Position numbers and translations under genes: made by a program. From Thermococcus kodakarensis KOD1 (GTDB lineage: Archaea > Methanobacteriota_B > Thermococci > Thermococcales > Thermococcaceae): 32,000 nucleotides of DNA. Positions 29,311-32,000 of the stretch are shown here, piece after piece. The stretch spans positions 510,001 to 542,000 of the forward strand of contig NC_006624.1 of assembly GCF_000009965.1 (NCBI RefSeq), read 5' to 3'. Position 1 is the stretch's first letter. Each line of letters opens with the position of its first letter. The notes beneath the pieces are model-generated. The model was given only the letters and a program-made list of their open reading frames with translations, was not told where the DNA came from and ran no database searches.

Positions 29311-31688
29311 ATGGAAGACATGTCCCAATACCTTGAGGAATTCCTTTCAGATGCCCGGGATAGGATCGACAGCATCAGCAACGCAGTCCTCCGGCTTGAA
29401 GAGGCTGTAAAAAACGGAGACGAGGAGGCAAAACGAGCTAGCATAGACCAGATATTCAGAGACGCCCACACCCTCAAGGGAACGGCCGCCACAATGGGGT
29501 TCATGAAGCTCAGCGAGGCCGCCCACAAAATGGAGAACCTCTTCGACGCCATAAGGAACGGCCTTGTTGAGGCGACGCCGGATGTCGTTGACCTCGTCCT
29601 TGAGTTCATCGAGGCAATCGAAGAAATGATAAACAACATTGAAGAGACGGGAAAAGAGGGAGACGTTGATGTTGATGAGCTCTTTGAAAAGGCCAACGCC
29701 CTGCTGAAGGGGTACACCAGGGAGAAAGGGGCAAAGAAGGCCGAGGAAGAAAAACCAAAGGTACCTTCTACTGAAGAGGGTCCCCCTCAGAGCCAGGAAG
29801 CGACTCCAACGGAAGTTTCTGGAAACGTTTACCACGTAAAAGCTATCTTCTATCCAGATGCACAGCTGAGAGGTGTCAGGGCTTTTCTGATCCTCCGCGA
29901 TCTGGAGGAGATAGGTGAAGTTCTCGAGACAAAGCCAGAGAGATCGATCATAGAGGACGGCTCCGCCGACGTTGATGAACTGGAGTTTAAGGTAGCCACA
30001 AAGGCTTCTCCTGAGGAGATAAAGAAGCTCGTTGGCAGACATCCCGAGATAAAGGACGTTATAGTGACGCTCCTAGAGGAGGGAACACCAAAGCCCGTCA
30101 AGACCGAAGAGGGGACTAAGACAGCCGAGGAGCAGCCTTCCGAGGGTGGAGGCATAACTTTGAGGATACTCCTAGAGAAGGACGCTCCTCTGAAAGGAAT
30201 TAGGAGCTTTTTAGTTCTCCAGGAGATAGAGAAGAGGGCCAAAGTCCTCTCAACCAATCCATCTAGGCTTGACATACAGAACGGGGACCTTATAGACGGC
30301 CACTACTTTGAGGTAACGCTCGCTCCCGATGCTAACTTGGACGAGATAAAGGAAGCCGTTCTAAAGCATCCAGATGTGGCGGGTGTTGAAGTCGTTGAAC
30401 CCGGCTCGAAACCACCGGAGAAACCCTCTGAGGCTCAGGGAACACAGGCAGAAGCCAAAAAACCCGAGGTGCAGCCAAAACCAGAAGTTAAAAAGCAGCC
30501 TCCCGCCCCCAGGGAAAAGATCAAGATGTCGAAGCTGATCAAAGTAGACGTTTCTCACCTAGACAAGCTGATGAACCTCGTCGGTGAGCTGGTCATCAAC
30601 AAGGGAAGACTTGAGCAGATAGCCGAGCGCCTGGGCGACAGGGAGCTCATCGAGACCCTCTCAACGACTTCAAGACTGATGGCGGAGCTCCAGGACGAGA
30701 TAATGCAGATGCGCCTCACTCCAGTTGCTGAGGTCTTCAACAAGTTCCCGCGCATGGTCAGGAGTTTGGCCAGAAAGGAGGGCAAGGAAGTCGAGTTCAT
30801 CATGGAGGGTACCGAGATAGAGGTTGACAGGACTATCCTGGACAAGCTCGGCGACGTTCTTGTGCACCTCTTAAGAAACGCCATAGACCACGGGATAGAG
30901 CCGCCAGAGGAGAGAGAGAGAAGCTTGGAAAACCGCGCAAGGGCAGACTTGAGCTGATAGCAAGGCGTGAGAGGAGCCATGTTGTAATCATAGTGAGGGA
31001 CGACGGCAGGGGCATTGACCCAGAGAAGGTAAAGAGAAAGGCCATTGAGAAGGGGTTAATCTCACCTGAGCAGGCAGCGGAGCTCAGCGACGAGGAGGCA
31101 ATAAACCTGATCTTCCTACCAGGGTTCAGCACGGCTGAGAAAGTTACGGACGTTTCTGGAAGGGGCGTTGGTATGGACGTCGTTCAGGATGTCATAAAGG
31201 CCCTTAACGGCAGTATAAGCGTCAAGACCGAAGTCGGCAAGGGAACGACCTTCATACTCAAGCTCCCGATAAGCATGGCCATCATACAGGCCCTCCTCAT
31301 CAAGGTCATGGACGAAATCTATGCCGTGCCGATAAACAACATCCTCGAGACTATAGAGGTCAAGAGGAGTGACCTGAAGTCCATAGGTGGCAGGGAGGTC
31401 ATAGTCCTGAGGGGGGAGATAATCCCAATAGTCTCGCTCCACGAGCTCTTCGGTCTTCCCGATTCGGAGTCCGAGGAGTTCCCGGCCATTATAGTTGACC
31501 TCGGCGCCCAGAAGCTTGCCATAAAGGTGGACGAGCTCCTCCACAAGAAGGACATAGTCATCAAGTCCCTCGGGAAGGCATTATCTAGTGTTAAGGGATT
31601 TGCTGGAGCTACCATACTTGGTGATGGTAGCGTGATTCTGATTATTGACATAAACAGCCTGCTGGGAGGTATCGGCGGTGGACTATGA
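29311..31688 (+). pseudogene. cheA: Chemotaxis histidine kinase CheA interrupted by a frameshift (pieces 29311-30957 and, in the -1 frame, ~30903-31688)
   Basis: Hpt (DAHTLKGTAATMG), dimerisation domain and N-box (HLLRNAIDHGIE) lie in one frame. G1 (DDGRGID), F (FLPGFST), G2 (GRGVGMD) and the CheW-like P5 domain lie in another. The frames switch inside the GA repeat at 30910-30921. Confidence 0.9.
30910..30921 (+). repeat. (GA)6 dinucleotide tract at the cheA frameshift point
   Basis: Read directly as GAGAGAGAGAGA. Removing one GA unit gives ...PPEEREKLGKPRKGRLELIARRERSHVVIIVRDDGRGID..., a continuous CheA. Confidence 0.9.
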
Positions 31689-32000
31689 GGAGTACATAAA
31701 GAATATGGACGAATTCACCAAGAGCGCTCTCCTTGAGACGTTCAACATAGGAGCATCCAGGGCAGCGGACGCTTTGAGCGAGATGCTGGGGCATCCAGTC
31801 ACGATCGAAGTGCCCCAGCTTGAGATAACGTCGCTGAAGAACCTTCCAGAGAAGGTTGGAGAAGACGTTAAGGTCGCTGTTTACGTCGGACTCGGAAACG
31901 AGTTCAGCGGGCACGCGTTCTTCATAATGGACTTCGACGACGCGACTAGGCTCTTCGACCTCATGATGATGCAGGAGCCCGGAACTACTACCGAGATAGA
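31678..32000 (+). CDS. cheC: CheC/FliY-family chemotaxis phosphatase, N-terminal part (runs off the window)
   Basis: FNIGASRAADALSEMLG motif. GTG 31678 overlaps the cheA stop, with ATG 31705 as an alternative start. The frame is open to position 32000. Confidence 0.8.
   Translation, partial: MDYEEYIKNMDEFTKSALLETFNIGASRAADALSEMLGHPVTIEVPQLEITSLKNLPEKVGEDVKVAVYVGLGNEFSGHAFFIMDFDDATRLFDLMMMQEPGTTTEI

Noticed and set aside
30901-30995. Programmed ribosomal frameshifting as the explanation for the cheA split.
   Set aside because: There is no slippery heptamer of the X XXY YYZ type and no obvious downstream stimulatory hairpin or pseudoknot. The required shift equals exactly one unit of a dinucleotide repeat, which points to a DNA-level indel.
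28224-31651. Minus-strand ORFs (176, 86, 148, 159, 231, 141, 65, 141, 65, 99, 142 and 110 aa) opposite cheB and cheA.
   Set aside because: They are antisense to genes with unambiguous Che domain signatures, and their products are Ser/Leu/Arg-rich and low in complexity.

Overview
This window looks like a Thermococcales (Thermococcus-like) chromosome segment. Supporting signs are archaeal TTTATATA-type TATA boxes, GGAGGTGA Shine-Dalgarno sites, E/K/I-rich proteins, and L37Ae-RpoP-Brix synteny. Positions 1-16862 are the right-hand ~16.9 kb of an integrated pT26-2/TKV-type element. It ends at a 46-nt copy of a tRNA-Glu(UUC)-like 3' half (attR), which overlaps an SSV-type integrase fragment with no Met codon. 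The element has two parts. The first is a GC-normal, tightly packed 13-gene minus-strand block (4543-15088). It encodes one HerA/FtsK/VirB4-class ATPase plus secreted, glycosylated and polytopic membrane proteins of unknown function. The second is an AT-rich cargo region (1-4530). It carries orphan genes, membrane proteins, a self-contained 70-aa/183-aa cassette, and a ~200-nt GC-rich (~66% G+C) island with its own TATA box that looks like an undescribed structured RNA. To the right of the att site are housekeeping genes: rpl37ae, rpoP, a Brix-domain protein, a stand-alone Mbh-type Mrp antiporter module (8 genes), an AbrB-ACT regulator and a CPA2 antiporter. A chemotaxis locus follows (mcp-cheW divergent from cheR-cheY-cheB-cheA-cheC). 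In it, cheA is split by a frameshift inside a (GA)6 tract. I found no CRISPR array, rRNA gene or complete tRNA gene. Functional calls rest on motifs I recognise by eye, not on database searches.
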